Positions 1-9,443 of a DNA stretch of 64,000 nt are shown here, piece after piece. The stretch's first letter is position 1. Each line of letters starts with the position of its first letter. A model generated the notes under the pieces. That model was not told the DNA's origin and did not search any database. It saw nothing but the letters and a program-made list of their open reading frames with translations. This DNA is from a virus. The translations under genes and the position numbers were made by a program. The stretch is taken from the IMG/VR virus record IMGVR_UViG_3300042387_002331. The stretch is one strand, 5' to 3'.

Positions 1-607
1 GAAACATACTCGCTCGGTTAAAGCAGCTGCTCGTTATTTAAATTGCTCATACCAGCACCTTAAACCGTTTATGAAAGCTTACAAGGACGAAGCTACAGGC
101 ATGTCCTTGTTTGACCTACATAAAAACCAATCAGGTAAAGGTATTCCAAAATTTATGAGCAATTCTCCCTTTGGAAGAAAAATGCCTGCAATTGAGGACA
201 TTGTCAATGGAAGAGAAGACCCATCTTCATTTTCCCCAGATAAACTAAAATTTAAGTTAATTGAAGGAGGATATTTAATTGAACAATGCTATTGGTGTGG
301 GTTTGATGAAAAACGAGAAGCAGATGGTAAAATACCCCTTATCATGTTCTTTAAAGACAGTAACAAACACAACTATAGGGATGGAAACTGTCAATTATCG
401 TGCTATAATTGTTATTTTCTGCGCTTAGGAAACGTGTTTACTGAACGTGATATGGAGTCATTAGAAGGTCATCAAACAATTTATAAAACGACTGAAATGG
501 TTGATTTTCAATTAGACGATTATCAACAAAAACGTTTAAAAGAAATAGGTTTATGGGATGGTAAGGTTGATGATGATCCATATTCTTTAGTTTCAAGAAA
601 AAAATAA
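1..607 (+). CDS. HNH-like zinc-binding endonuclease-family protein (5' end outside window)
   Basis: Frame is open upstream of ATG 71 (KHTRSVKAAARYLNCSYQHLKPF). C-terminal CYWC...NYRDGNCQLSCYNC is a degenerate HNH/Zn pattern. Confidence 0.55.
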   Translation, partial: KHTRSVKAAARYLNCSYQHLKPFMKAYKDEATGMSLFDLHKNQSGKGIPKFMSNSPFGRKMPAIEDIVNGREDPSSFSPDKLKFKLIEGGYLIEQCYWCGFDEKREADGKIPLIMFFKDSNKHNYRDGNCQLSCYNCYFLRLGNVFTERDMESLEGHQTIYKTTEMVDFQLDDYQQKRLKEIGLWDGKVDDDPYSLVSRKK

Positions 608-621
608 TATGTATAATCGAG

Positions 622-777
622 ATGAAGAAGAAAAAACATTCAAAAATAGTCAAAGACTACGAAAAGCAAAAGGAGAAACACCTTGAGCGTTTGGCTACAA
701 AAATGTTGGAGAATGATGAAAAGCTTAGTAAATTAAAAGCAAAAAATATTAATACAGACTTTTTAAATTTATTTTGA
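622..777 (+). CDS. small basic hypothetical protein (51 aa, not in ORF track)
   Basis: Manual translation MKKKKHSKIVKDYEKQKEKHLERLATKML...; follows late-type motif ATATGTATA (607-615) and abuts the next ATG. Confidence 0.6.
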   Translation: MKKKKHSKIVKDYEKQKEKHLERLATKMLENDEKLSKLKAKNINTDFLNLF

Positions 778-778
778 T

Positions 779-1084
779 ATGGCAACCGAAATTAGCGTAT
801 TTGATAGTGAGGAATTTGAAAAAATGGTTGCGAATAGAGATTTAAGAATTTCAAAAGCTTTAGTAGATACTATTTTGAAAAACTTAAAAAGCCGAAGAAG
901 ATATTTCCATGCACTATCTATTCTTGTAGAGCAAGAACAGACAATATATGACATAACAGTAGATAAACAAGATTTTGTAACCACTTTAGAACAAAACTTA
1001 TCTATTTTACAGGACAATGAAGATTACGAAACATGTGCTGAAATAGTGAAAGCTATCAAATTTTTAAAAGAAAAGAAAAAGTAG
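779..1084 (+). CDS. hypothetical protein with C-terminal UVR (UvrB/C)-like motif
   Basis: C-terminus NEDYETCAEIVKAI. Confidence 0.55.
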   Translation: MATEISVFDSEEFEKMVANRDLRISKALVDTILKNLKSRRRYFHALSILVEQEQTIYDITVDKQDFVTTLEQNLSILQDNEDYETCAEIVKAIKFLKEKKK

Positions 1085-1133
1085 ATTTGGTTTTCAAAGA
1101 AAACTTTCATATGCTGAAGAAAAAATAAAGGTT

Positions 1134-1442
1134 ATGGTAATCGTCTTAAGTTTGCTCATTTTAGTGATTCTACTTAGAGTTGTACAAGTATACTTGTTTA
1201 TCAAACAAGTTAGTAGAGAATGCGATATTTATGATTGGATGAGTGTTGATGAAAATCCTTTACGCTTACTTGAAATCTTGGAAGATGACTACTATGTAAC
1301 TGCAGAATGGTCAGCATATAACTTTTTATTTTTAAAAGGTCCAAGCCCGTTAAGTATGTTTTTTTCATTTAAACGTCTCACAATAGAAAACATTTATAGT
1401 AAAGAAGTAGTAGCTAGATTAAACGGAGATGAGATTAACTGA
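1134..1442 (+). CDS. hypothetical membrane-anchored protein
   Basis: Hydrophobic N-terminus; AAAGGTTATG start context. Confidence 0.6.
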   Translation: MVIVLSLLILVILLRVVQVYLFIKQVSRECDIYDWMSVDENPLRLLEILEDDYYVTAEWSAYNFLFLKGPSPLSMFFSFKRLTIENIYSKEVVARLNGDEIN

Positions 1443-2079
1443 AATATATTTAAAAGAGGTATTCCTTAAAGAATTTTGGACGGAACTAGAAGAAGATCTC
1501 CAATTAGACGAAGCAATTGATCCAGGATTAACTAAACTATTAGGTGAAGCTAATAAAATTGTATTTGAAAAATTTGGTATTCGTAAATCTGATAAAGTAT
1601 ATTTCATAGCAGGCTCAGCTCGTTTATACCTTTACCCTGAATTAAGGGATGCTTTTGGTTTAAAGGGTTCAATTGGTGATCTAGATATTGTCATCCCAGA
1701 TAAAGAAATTTGGAGAAAAGCAGGACTAGAAAAAGAACTACAAGCAGGAGGAATTTATCGCCCTACATCAGACGGTTCAATTGAAGTATTTACAGAATGG
1801 AACCCAGCTAAAGCAGGTGGTCAATATGCAGATACTAAAGTTAGATCAACAGACGAAATTTTACAAAGTGCATCTCCTGTTGGTGGGTACTATTACATGA
1901 GCTTTTTTGATGTAATGGATTACAAAACAAAATTGGGTAGAGAAAAAGAAAAAGAAGTAGTTGATTTGATAGGAAAATATAGAGAAGGATCCATTAAAGA
2001 TAAAAGAGAATTTTTGCGCCAAATAGTAAACTCAATTGGTGCTGATCAAGCAAAAGAATTATTTGCTATGGGCAACTAA
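1429..2079 (+). CDS. Pol-beta-superfamily nucleotidyltransferase-like protein with LxE-rich N-terminal leader
   Basis: FIAGSARL and IGDLDIVI (GS + DxD motifs); leader MRLTEIYLKEVFLKE. Confidence 0.6.
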   Translation: MRLTEIYLKEVFLKEFWTELEEDLQLDEAIDPGLTKLLGEANKIVFEKFGIRKSDKVYFIAGSARLYLYPELRDAFGLKGSIGDLDIVIPDKEIWRKAGLEKELQAGGIYRPTSDGSIEVFTEWNPAKAGGQYADTKVRSTDEILQSASPVGGYYYMSFFDVMDYKTKLGREKEKEVVDLIGKYREGSIKDKREFLRQIVNSIGADQAKELFAMGN

Positions 2080-2082
2080 AAA

Positions 2083-2113
2083 TTTGGCTTCTTAAAAAAT
2101 TTTTCGTATATTT
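2083..2113 (+). promoter_or_regulatory. Bacteroidota-type promoter TTTG-N18-CGTATATT
   Basis: tttggcttcttaaaaaatttttcgtatattt; same spacing at 9406/9428 and 14261/14283; resembles the Bacteroidota -33 TTTG / -7 TAnnTTTG consensus. Confidence 0.65.
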
Positions 2114-2131
2114 CAAGCAAAGAAAAAGGTT

Positions 2132-2599
2132 ATGTTAAAGGAATTGTATTTAGAGTTTGAAGACGGTAGAAAAGAAACAAAACTCATTCACCTAGAACCA
2201 GGTGAACAAGTAAAAATTTACCCACAACGAGATGGAATTGTAACTGCTGGTTGTAAGACATTCAAATATCAAGTTCCAAAACATAGCTACTTACCTAAGA
2301 TGATATTTAGATTTGGAGAAAAAACATTCATTTACCCAGCGCAAATTGAATGTCACCCTAAAACAACTCTAGATGACATTGTAGAATACCTAACTGAAGA
2401 GCAACTGATAAAAGAAAAAATAGAAGCACCTAAAGTAGAGGTGAAAAAATGGGAATTTGAAAGTTCAAGTGGAGGAGGAACATACATAGTTACCTTAAAC
2501 AAATTCGGTAACCCAAAATGCAACTGCCCAGGAATGTGGAGATCAAAAGGAAGATGTAAACACGTTAAGGAAGTTGAAAAAGAACTTGGAATAGTATGA
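2132..2599 (+). CDS. SWIM zinc-finger protein
   Basis: C-terminal CNCPGMWRSKGRCKHV (CxC...CxH). Confidence 0.75.
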   Translation: MLKELYLEFEDGRKETKLIHLEPGEQVKIYPQRDGIVTAGCKTFKYQVPKHSYLPKMIFRFGEKTFIYPAQIECHPKTTLDDIVEYLTEEQLIKEKIEAPKVEVKKWEFESSSGGGTYIVTLNKFGNPKCNCPGMWRSKGRCKHVKEVEKELGIV

Positions 2600-2725
2600 T
2601 ATTGTTAGTAGATTTAAACAAAAATAAAAAATGAGTAAAAACACACCAAGACAAAGAGTAGAACAATTTAAAGATTGGTTTAGCTGGATTAAAGCAATTG
2701 CTAAAAAAGGGAAAAAATAAAATAA

Positions 2726-2798
2726 GCCTTTGTAGCTCAACAGGTAGAGCAATTGATTTGTAATCAATAGGTTGCAGGTTCGATTCCTGTCAAAGGCT
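2726..2798 (+). tRNA. tRNA-Thr(UGU)
   Basis: Cloverleaf; anticodon arm attga-tttgtaa-tcaat; T loop ggttcgattcc. Confidence 0.92.
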
Positions 2799-2841
2799 CT
2801 AAACTTATAATATCGTTTGGATATTTATAATGGGGAGGTTT

Positions 2842-2924
2842 GCTTGGGTGGTGGAATGGTAGACACGACAGACTTAAGATCTGTTGGCCATGTGGCTGTG
2901 CGGGTTCAAGTCCCGCCCCGAGTA
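2842..2924 (+). tRNA. tRNA-Leu(UAA)
   Basis: acaga-cttaaga-tctgt; long variable arm. Confidence 0.92.
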
Positions 2925-2928
2925 CAAT

Positions 2929-3002
2929 AGTCCTGTAGCTCAGTTGGATAGAGCAACTCACTTCTAATGAGTAGGTCATAGGTTCGACTCCTATCAGGGC
3001 TA
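2929..3002 (+). tRNA. tRNA-Arg(UCU)
   Basis: actca-cttctaa-tgagt. Confidence 0.92.
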
Positions 3003-3016
3003 CAAAAAAATAATTT

Positions 3017-3088
3017 GGTCCCATCGTCTATCGGTTAGGACGCCAGGTTTTCATCCTGGAAAGCGGGGTTCGATTCCCCGTGGGACTA
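3017..3088 (+). tRNA. tRNA-Glu(UUC)
   Basis: ccagg-ttttcat-cctgg. Confidence 0.92.
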
Positions 3089-3092
3089 CAAA

Positions 3093-3166
3093 GGTGTGTT
3101 AGTTCAGTTGGTTAGAATACCTGCCTGTCACGCAGGGGGTCGTGGGTTCGAGTCCCATACACACCG
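3093..3166 (+). tRNA. tRNA-Asp(GUC)
   Basis: cctgc-ctgtcac-gcagg. Confidence 0.93.
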
Positions 3167-3173
3167 CTAAAAA

Positions 3174-3341
3174 ATGAAGATGGAAGACAAAAATAAAACA
3201 TTGAAAATTAAAACAGAGATTAATTCTTTGGAGAGTGTTTTAAAAAAACTAGAGGAAAAGTATAAGACATTTCCTAATAAACATCTTAGTGATGTGATTG
3301 TCCATTTAGCAATGGCAATTGACAGCGCTAAACAAATATAA
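3174..3341 (+). CDS. small hypothetical protein within tRNA cluster (55 aa)
   Basis: Manual translation [28 protein letters not shown]...AKQI*; fills the gap between two tRNAs. Confidence 0.5.
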   Translation: MKMEDKNKTLKIKTEINSLESVLKKLEEKYKTFPNKHLSDVIVHLAMAIDSAKQI

Positions 3342-3343
3342 AC

Positions 3344-3428
3344 GGAGAGTTGGCAGAGTGGTCGATTGCGGCGGTCTTGAAAACCGTTGAACCGAAAGGT
3401 TCCGGGAGTTCGAATCTCTCACTCTCCG
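3344..3428 (+). tRNA. tRNA-Ser(UGA)
   Basis: gcggt-cttgaaa-accgt; long variable arm. Confidence 0.92.
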
Positions 3429-3469
3429 CTTTTTTATAAACAAACGAGTTTATAATATGTATAAGAAAT

Positions 3470-3543
3470 GGGGGATTAGCTCAGCTGGCTAGAGCACCTG
3501 CCTTGCACGCAGGGGGTCAACGGTTCGACTCCGTTATCCTCCA
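3470..3543 (+). tRNA. tRNA-Ala(UGC)
   Basis: cctgc-cttgcac-gcagg; G3-U70 pair. Confidence 0.93.
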
Positions 3544-3561
3544 CTAAAATTTCTTAACAGT

Positions 3562-3690
3562 ACCTCGACGCATCCCATTAGATCTGCGCACCCGCTGAGG
3601 TCAATTTTGGTTACAGTGAATAGCCCAAGGCATAAGCAGTAACAACCCCAAACAAGACTACCTGATCAATAGACACTGTTTGGGTTTTTT
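3562..3690 (+). ncRNA. candidate structured RNA between tRNA-Ala and tRNA-Gln
   Basis: Three consecutive GC-enriched hairpins (acctcg/tgaggt, gttac/gtaac, cccaaaca/tgtttggg); no ORF. Confidence 0.45.
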
Positions 3691-3694
3691 ATCC

Positions 3695-3767
3695 TGTCCT
3701 ATGGTGTAATTGGCAACACGTCTGATTTTGGTTCAGAAGAGTCGAGGTTCGAGCCCTTGTGGGACAA
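3695..3767 (+). tRNA. tRNA-Gln(UUG)
   Basis: tctga-ttttggt-tcaga. Confidence 0.9.
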
Positions 3768-3768
3768 C

Positions 3769-4250
3769 AACGTAGAAGTTCTTTGACATAAATCATTAAA
3801 AATCATGGAAATAACATCATTTGTTTTAGGTATGCTTACGATTGTAGCAGTAATTATATTAACTGCTGTTGTTGTAGGTTTAGTTAAGATTAATCAAACA
3901 GTAAAACGTTTAAACACTTTAAACACAAATCTTGATCGTCACATAAGCGATATCTATCGCAATGTGCAAGAAGAAAACCAATCTATTTGGCGCCAGTTTG
4001 AAAATACAGGCCGCGATATAACAATGGTTGAAAAAACCATTATGCAACGCATCAATAATGAAGTGGATAGTATCCACAGACACGAACATGAACTTGAAAC
4101 AGTTCTTCACCGTGATATCGATGAAACACGTCGATATATTGACTCCAGAATTGACAAAGTCGTATCATCTGGAGTATTAAAGGAACCAAAACGACAAATC
4201 CTAAACGGATAACCGAAAATAGTAATTAACCCGTCAAAAACTTCTACGTT
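3769..4250. repeat. 18-bp long-range inverted repeat bracketing one gene; left arm contains a boxA-like GTTCTTTGAC
   Basis: aacgtagaagttctttgac (3769-3787) pairs with gtcaaaaacttctacgtt (4233-4250) with one bulged C; a T-run follows. Confidence 0.75.
3805..4212 (+). CDS. membrane-anchored coiled-coil protein
   Basis: N-terminal TM helix followed by a heptad-like helical region. Confidence 0.7.
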   Translation: MEITSFVLGMLTIVAVIILTAVVVGLVKINQTVKRLNTLNTNLDRHISDIYRNVQEENQSIWRQFENTGRDITMVEKTIMQRINNEVDSIHRHEHELETVLHRDIDETRRYIDSRIDKVVSSGVLKEPKRQILNG

Positions 4251-4350
4251 TTTTTTCCTTGAAATATGTATAGGAAACTCGACCGGCCCATGGTAGATGG
4301 GGGTTTCCAATTGGATTCTTCAAGTGAGTAAAATTTAACCATTTTACCCC

Positions 4351-6657
4351 ATGAAGAACTTTCTACTTTATGTTTTCCTTTTATTTTCCTTTACTATATT
4401 TTCCCAATCATGCACTCACACAATTCGATTAACTGACACCTTTGGTGATGGTTGGAATGGAGGGGCTGTTTCTGTATCGGTAAATGGGGTTACTGTTTTA
4501 AGTAATATTACTTTTAGCTCCGGATATGGCCCAGTTAATTTTAACTTTACTGCATCAACTGGACAAACAATAAGAGTTTGGAGAACCCTATCAGGAAGCT
4601 GGCCTTCTGAAATGAGAGTTCAAATAGTAAATAATATAGGAACAATTCTTTTAAATACCATACAGCCAACAACAGGAACTGCAACAACAGGTGGTTATAC
4701 CTGCATTGCTAGTTGCTCAGGAGGAGGAGGTGGTGGATGTGTTAATACCTCACCTTATATAACTATAGCAGCGCCTACAACACCCGGTATTCTTACCATA
4801 AGTTCATGCACATTCCAATCAGAATATAACACTATAACAAGTGTTACTGCAGGGCGACAGTACAGATCAACTTATAATTTAGGTGGATGGATAACTGTTA
4901 GACATACTACCCCAGGAGGTACTGTTGTAGCTTCAGGTGCATCTCCATTAACATGGACAGCAACCGTTTCAGGAACATATTATATTCACTACAATACAAA
5001 TTCATTATGTGGGACTGCATCAAATTGTGGGACAACAACAATTGAATGTTTAAGTTGTACCGCTCCATTAGCACCAGCAAATGATTTAGTCTGTAATGCA
5101 ACCCCAATTTCTTGTGGTCAAATAATCTCGGGAACAACAGTAAATGCAACTAACAATGGAACCGGTGAAAATGGGATTTGTAGTGTTTCTCAAACCCAAC
5201 CTGGTGTTTGGTATAGAATTACAGGTACCGGACAAATAATGACTGCATATTTATGCAACACAGTATGGGATAGTAAAATATCTGTGTTTAGTGGAACAAG
5301 CTGTTCTACATTAACTTGTGTAGGAGGGAATGACGATTATGGCCCAACATGCGCAACTTCTTCAGCATCGTACCAATGGTTATCTGTTAATGGTTTAAAT
5401 TATTATATTCTTGTTCATGGGTATAGTAGCAGTAGTGCGTTTCAATTAGGTTTAACTTGTACTGCACCACCTCCACCTGATCCTACATCAATCACATCAA
5501 CATCAAACACAATATGTGTTGGTCAATCAACAACATTAACTGCAAATGGTGCAAGTGGAACTGTATACTGGTTTACTAGTGGATGTGGAATAGGTCAGAT
5601 TGCAACTGGAAATTCAATTAGTGTTACACCTACAAGCACAACAACATACTATGCAAGAAACTTTAATGGTAGTTTGTTTAGCAACAATTGTGTATCTACT
5701 ACTATTACCGTTAATCCTACCCCAAGCATAAGCGTAGCTCCGATCACAAACACCATTTGTGATGGGTCATCAACTCAACTAGTAACCACAGTATCAGGTC
5801 TCCCTGCAGGATCAACACCAACTTATAGTTGGACACCTTCAACCGGATTAACAAATCCATCAGCTCCAAGCCCATATGCTTCACCATCAACAACACAATC
5901 TTATCAAGTTTCTGTTTCATTTAACGGTTGTTCTAACTCAACATCAACAACAATAAATGTTAACCCATCAGTAGGCTTTGTTTCAACAATATCAGGGAAT
6001 AATAACATAATTGCAGGAACCCAAGAAACTTATTCAGTTACCCCAGTTGCAAATGCAACTTATCAGTGGGCATATACTCAATCAATAACAGCACCATTTT
6101 GGTCAAATATACCAAACTCAAACTCTCCATCGATATCTTTTTATTGGCCTCAAACAACAACAGACGGATCAGTTAGGGTTACAGTATCGAATGCAAACAA
6201 TTGTGGAACTCAAGTTAGATTTTTTAATATAATTACAAACGGAGCATTACCCATTGAGTTATTATATTTTAGTGGCAAACCAGTAAACAAAAGCAACTTA
6301 ATATATTGGGCAACTGCTACAGAACACAATACAACCCATTTTGTAGTAGAGAAAAGTGAAAATGGAATTACATGGTCTGAATTAGGAACAGTTGCTGCAG
6401 CAGGTAATTCAACACAAGAACTCCGCTATGACATTACAGATAATGCTGTTAAACCAATATACAACTACTATAGACTAACCCAATATGATATTGATGGTGC
6501 TTATGAAGTATTTGACCCTATATTAATCAACAATAAATCAGAAATCAAAATTATAGCAAAACGAATTAATTTGATAGGACAGGAAGTAGATGAAAATGAA
6601 ACGGGAATCATTATAGAAATTTATGAAGATGGAACTTTAAAAAGGACAATAAAATAG
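4351..6657 (+). CDS. secreted Cys/Thr/Ser-rich Ig-like-domain protein resembling Bacteroidota T9SS cargo
   Basis: Signal peptide ending ...TIFS-Q; DTFGDGWNG; PANDLVCNA; Ig-like VTPTSTTTYYA segments; LPIELLYF...YYRLTQYDIDG module; CTD-like tail INLIGQEV...DGTLKRTIK. Confidence 0.7.
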   Translation: MKNFLLYVFLLFSFTIFSQSCTHTIRLTDTFGDGWNGGAVSVSVNGVTVLSNITFSSGYGPVNFNFTASTGQTIRVWRTLSGSWPSEMRVQIVNNIGTILLNTIQPTTGTATTGGYTCIASCSGGGGGGCVNTSPYITIAAPTTPGILTISSCTFQSEYNTITSVTAGRQYRSTYNLGGWITVRHTTPGGTVVASGASPLTWTATVSGTYYIHYNTNSLCGTASNCGTTTIECLSCTAPLAPANDLVCNATPISCGQIISGTTVNATNNGTGENGICSVSQTQPGVWYRITGTGQIMTAYLCNTVWDSKISVFSGTSCSTLTCVGGNDDYGPTCATSSASYQWLSVNGLNYYILVHGYSSSSAFQLGLTCTAPPPPDPTSITSTSNTICVGQSTTLTANGASGTVYWFTSGCGIGQIATGNSISVTPTSTTTYYARNFNGSLFSNNCVSTTITVNPTPSISVAPITNTICDGSSTQLVTTVSGLPAGSTPTYSWTPSTGLTNPSAPSPYASPSTTQSYQVSVSFNGCSNSTSTTINVNPSVGFVSTISGNNNIIAGTQETYSVTPVANATYQWAYTQSITAPFWSNIPNSNSPSISFYWPQTTTDGSVRVTVSNANNCGTQVRFFNIITNGALPIELLYFSGKPVNKSNLIYWATATEHNTTHFVVEKSENGITWSELGTVAAAGNSTQELRYDITDNAVKPIYNYYRLTQYDIDGAYEVFDPILINNKSEIKIIAKRINLIGQEVDENETGIIIEIYEDGTLKRTIK

Positions 6658-6797
6658 CTTGAAAACCTAAAATTTCTTTTGTATGTTTAAGAAAATTAAA
6701 GAAGTTATGGAATTTATTAAAAATAATTCAATTGAAATTATTGTTTTAGGTTGGTTTGTTTTAATAGGCATTATTGCTGTTTTATTCGCTTAGATTT

Positions 6798-7544
6798 ATG
6801 TTAAAGGTTTCGCTTATTTCAGATACACATACCAAACATAATCAAATTACAACTAGCAAATCGTTTCGAAATAGTAAACAACAATTAGATTTGCCTGGAG
6901 GAGATATTCTAATTCATGCAGGTGACTTTATGAGTACAGGTTATCATAAAGCAGAAGCAGTAGGGTTTTTTGAATGGTTTGATAGTATAGACAACTACGA
7001 TACAAAAATATTCATTGCTGGTAACCATGATCGAATATTTGAAGATAATCCACAATGGGCTCAAGGTTTTTTAACAGGATACAAAACAATTGAATATCTT
7101 CAAGATGAAGAAGTGGTATTGTATTTTGATGGACCAAATGGAGATTATCCGGAAGAGAATGTTCGTATCTATGGTTCACCTTGGCAACCTGAATTTTACA
7201 ATTGGGCATTTAATTTGCCTCGCAACGGAGAAGAATTACAAGCAAAATGGAATGCAATCCCAGATAATACAGACATTTTAATCACACATGGACCTCCATT
7301 TGGTTATCTAGACATCCCAGGAGGACGTACTATTCGAGTAGGATGTGATTTGTTACGTTATCGAGTAGATGAAATTCGTCCAAAAATACATGTGTTTGGA
7401 CATATTCATGGGGGTTGGGGACACTACTATGATGGACATACTCACTTTTTTAATGCATCTGTTTTGGATGAACGATATTTATACACAAATTCACCATTCA
7501 ATTTTGAATGGGATAATATTACAAATGAAATAAAATGGCTATGA
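6798..7544 (+). CDS. calcineurin-like metallophosphoesterase (MPPED-like)
   Basis: ISDTH, HAGD, AGNHD, THGPP and FGHIH motifs; ATG at 6798. Confidence 0.88.
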   Translation: MLKVSLISDTHTKHNQITTSKSFRNSKQQLDLPGGDILIHAGDFMSTGYHKAEAVGFFEWFDSIDNYDTKIFIAGNHDRIFEDNPQWAQGFLTGYKTIEYLQDEEVVLYFDGPNGDYPEENVRIYGSPWQPEFYNWAFNLPRNGEELQAKWNAIPDNTDILITHGPPFGYLDIPGGRTIRVGCDLLRYRVDEIRPKIHVFGHIHGGWGHYYDGHTHFFNASVLDERYLYTNSPFNFEWDNITNEIKWL

Positions 7545-7738
7545 AAAAAACTGTTTTTGTAAGATATGAAGGTGAAACGGTTTATAGAAAACACATTGAA
7601 ATAGACCCATCCCAACTAACAGATATTTTAAAACTTCCTGAAGATGTTTTTGCTACTGTAGATGGAATTCGTATATCAATTAAAAGAGATGAATTTGATA
7701 CATTAATAAAAGAGCATGAACAAATTAAATCTAGATAA
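7535..7738 (+). CDS. hypothetical protein
   Basis: ORF overlapping the upstream stop. Confidence 0.55.
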   Translation: MAMKKTVFVRYEGETVYRKHIEIDPSQLTDILKLPEDVFATVDGIRISIKRDEFDTLIKEHEQIKSR

Positions 7739-7741
7739 ATT

Positions 7742-7897
7742 ATGAAAACAGATTGGAAAACAGTATGGATATATTTTATTCATATATTAGCAGGAATAGC
7801 AATCGGATACTATTTAACAGGATGTAAATCATCAAAGTCTGGATGTGATGCATATTCCCAAAATAAAACAAAATATGAGAATATATCACGAAAATAA
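7742..7897 (+). CDS. small putative lipoprotein (51 aa, not in ORF track)
   Basis: MKTDWKTVWIFLFIILAGIAIGYYLTGC; lipobox-like LTGC. Confidence 0.5.
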   Translation: MKTDWKTVWIYFIHILAGIAIGYYLTGCKSSKSGCDAYSQNKTKYENISRK

Positions 7898-8111
7898 AGG
7901 TAGACCATCAGAAAAGAAATTACCGGTGGTGATAGTTTATAAAAAACCAACAGGTAAAAAACACTATTTGATGGTTACTGAATCTAGTATTGATGATATT
8001 ATTGATGGAGGAAAACGTAATCCTCTTATTCCAAACAATTATGAAATAGTTGATATGGGAATTGGTGAAACATTTATTGAAAAATATAAAAAACAATACG
8101 ACATTAAATGA
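7875..8111 (+). CDS. hypothetical protein
   Basis: In-frame ATG of the 7845 ORF. Confidence 0.55.
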   Translation: MRIYHENKGRPSEKKLPVVIVYKKPTGKKHYLMVTESSIDDIIDGGKRNPLIPNNYEIVDMGIGETFIEKYKKQYDIK

Positions 8112-8344
8112 GTTTTTATAAACACAACGACAAACTTTATATTATCCACAGAGATATTCCACTACACAACTTTACAAACAAAGAAGGAGTAGTAAATTTA
8201 GAAATGGTCAAAATGTGTAGAGACTATTTTTTCCGGGTTGATCACGTATTAAGAAACGAAACACATTTTTTATTCGCTGAAACTATACAAGATGCAGAAA
8301 TTATTGAAGAAACTCAAAACGTGGTGGAAGAAGCACATAGCTAA
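8108..8344 (+). CDS. hypothetical protein
   Basis: ORF overlapping the upstream stop. Confidence 0.6.
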   Translation: MSFYKHNDKLYIIHRDIPLHNFTNKEGVVNLEMVKMCRDYFFRVDHVLRNETHFLFAETIQDAEIIEETQNVVEEAHS

Positions 8345-8413
8345 TACCTGCCCAGAACATTTAAACGATTTATTTTAAGTTAGAAAAATAAAACATATTT
8401 ATAGAAAAATAAC

Positions 8414-9118
8414 ATGCCAACAAAATTATCCCAAGACCAGGTTGAAAATTTAAACTCAGACCTTGACTCGTTAGATTTAAAAGATGCTTCTTTAGAAAGC
8501 AAAATTTCAATAGAAGATTCTATAAACGACGGAGTTGATGCATCGCTAGCTTCTTCCCTTGCTGGGAAGCAAAATACATTAGTTAGTGGAACTAATATTA
8601 AAACTATTAATGGCAATAGTATTTTAGGAAGTGGAAATATAACCATATCAGGTACAGCTAACCCTAGAACATTAGCTAATGTAGTTGGTTCAAACTTAAT
8701 AGGTACAACAAACCAAATTAGCACTTCAGTTTTGATTCCTGCTGGAACATTAGTTGCAAATAATTCAATTTATATTCGTAATTTATTAACCAAAACAGCA
8801 GGTTCTACAACTTCAACGGGTAGAATGTATATCAACACTACAAATAGTTTAACAGGTGCTACATTACTTGCAACAGCTGGAGCAATGAACTCAGCTACTT
8901 ACATTCAACGATTCGAACGTAATTTTTTCTTTGACGGAACAAACCTAAATGTTTATAACCCAACAAATGGAATTAGTACAGATTTAACCTCAGGAACAAA
9001 TACGTTAGTTGCTTTTAATCCTTCCATTGACTATTACCTTATATTTGCCGTTCAAAATTCCTCAACAACCCCCGATAATTTAGGTCACAAACGTGTAATT
9101 GTACAAATATACGATTAA
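8414..9118 (+). CDS. tail-fibre-like / virion decoration protein
   Basis: KQNTLVSGTNIKTINGNSILGSGNI motif typical of phage fibre proteins; late motif ATATTTATA at 8395. Confidence 0.6.
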   Translation: MPTKLSQDQVENLNSDLDSLDLKDASLESKISIEDSINDGVDASLASSLAGKQNTLVSGTNIKTINGNSILGSGNITISGTANPRTLANVVGSNLIGTTNQISTSVLIPAGTLVANNSIYIRNLLTKTAGSTTSTGRMYINTTNSLTGATLLATAGAMNSATYIQRFERNFFFDGTNLNVYNPTNGISTDLTSGTNTLVAFNPSIDYYLIFAVQNSSTTPDNLGHKRVIVQIYD

Positions 9119-9142
9119 TTTAGATAATATAGAAAATAAAAT

Positions 9143-9403
9143 ATGCCAATAGCACCCCAATCAATCCGAAGAGGAACCATCATCAAATTTGATGGAGAAA
9201 TAGTTGATAAAAAAACAGTTATCTCAGCAAGTGAGTCATGGAACGAAAATCATCAAACATTATTCAAAAAACTACTTAAACAAGGTGGTATATTCAGAAT
9301 TAATGGAATGCCTGTTGAAGTAATTCCTGAAATGAAAACACTTAATTCCAAAGGTGAAACCGACGGAGGTGCTCAAAAAGTGGATCCACTAGCTCGTTTT
9401 TAA
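9143..9403 (+). CDS. hypothetical protein
   Basis: ORF with A-rich start. Confidence 0.6.
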   Translation: MPIAPQSIRRGTIIKFDGEIVDKKTVISASESWNENHQTLFKKLLKQGGIFRINGMPVEVIPEMKTLNSKGETDGGAQKVDPLARF

Positions 9404-9443
9404 AATTTGGCTTTTTAAATTTTCTTTCGTATATTAAAGAAAT

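Noticed and set aside
4273-4308. Riboswitch in the leader of the secreted-protein gene
   Set aside because: Only a hairpin (ggaaactc/gggtttcc) with no recognisable aptamer consensus.
7090-7281. Alternate-frame + strand ORF
   Set aside because: Lies entirely within the metallophosphoesterase gene; no independent signals.
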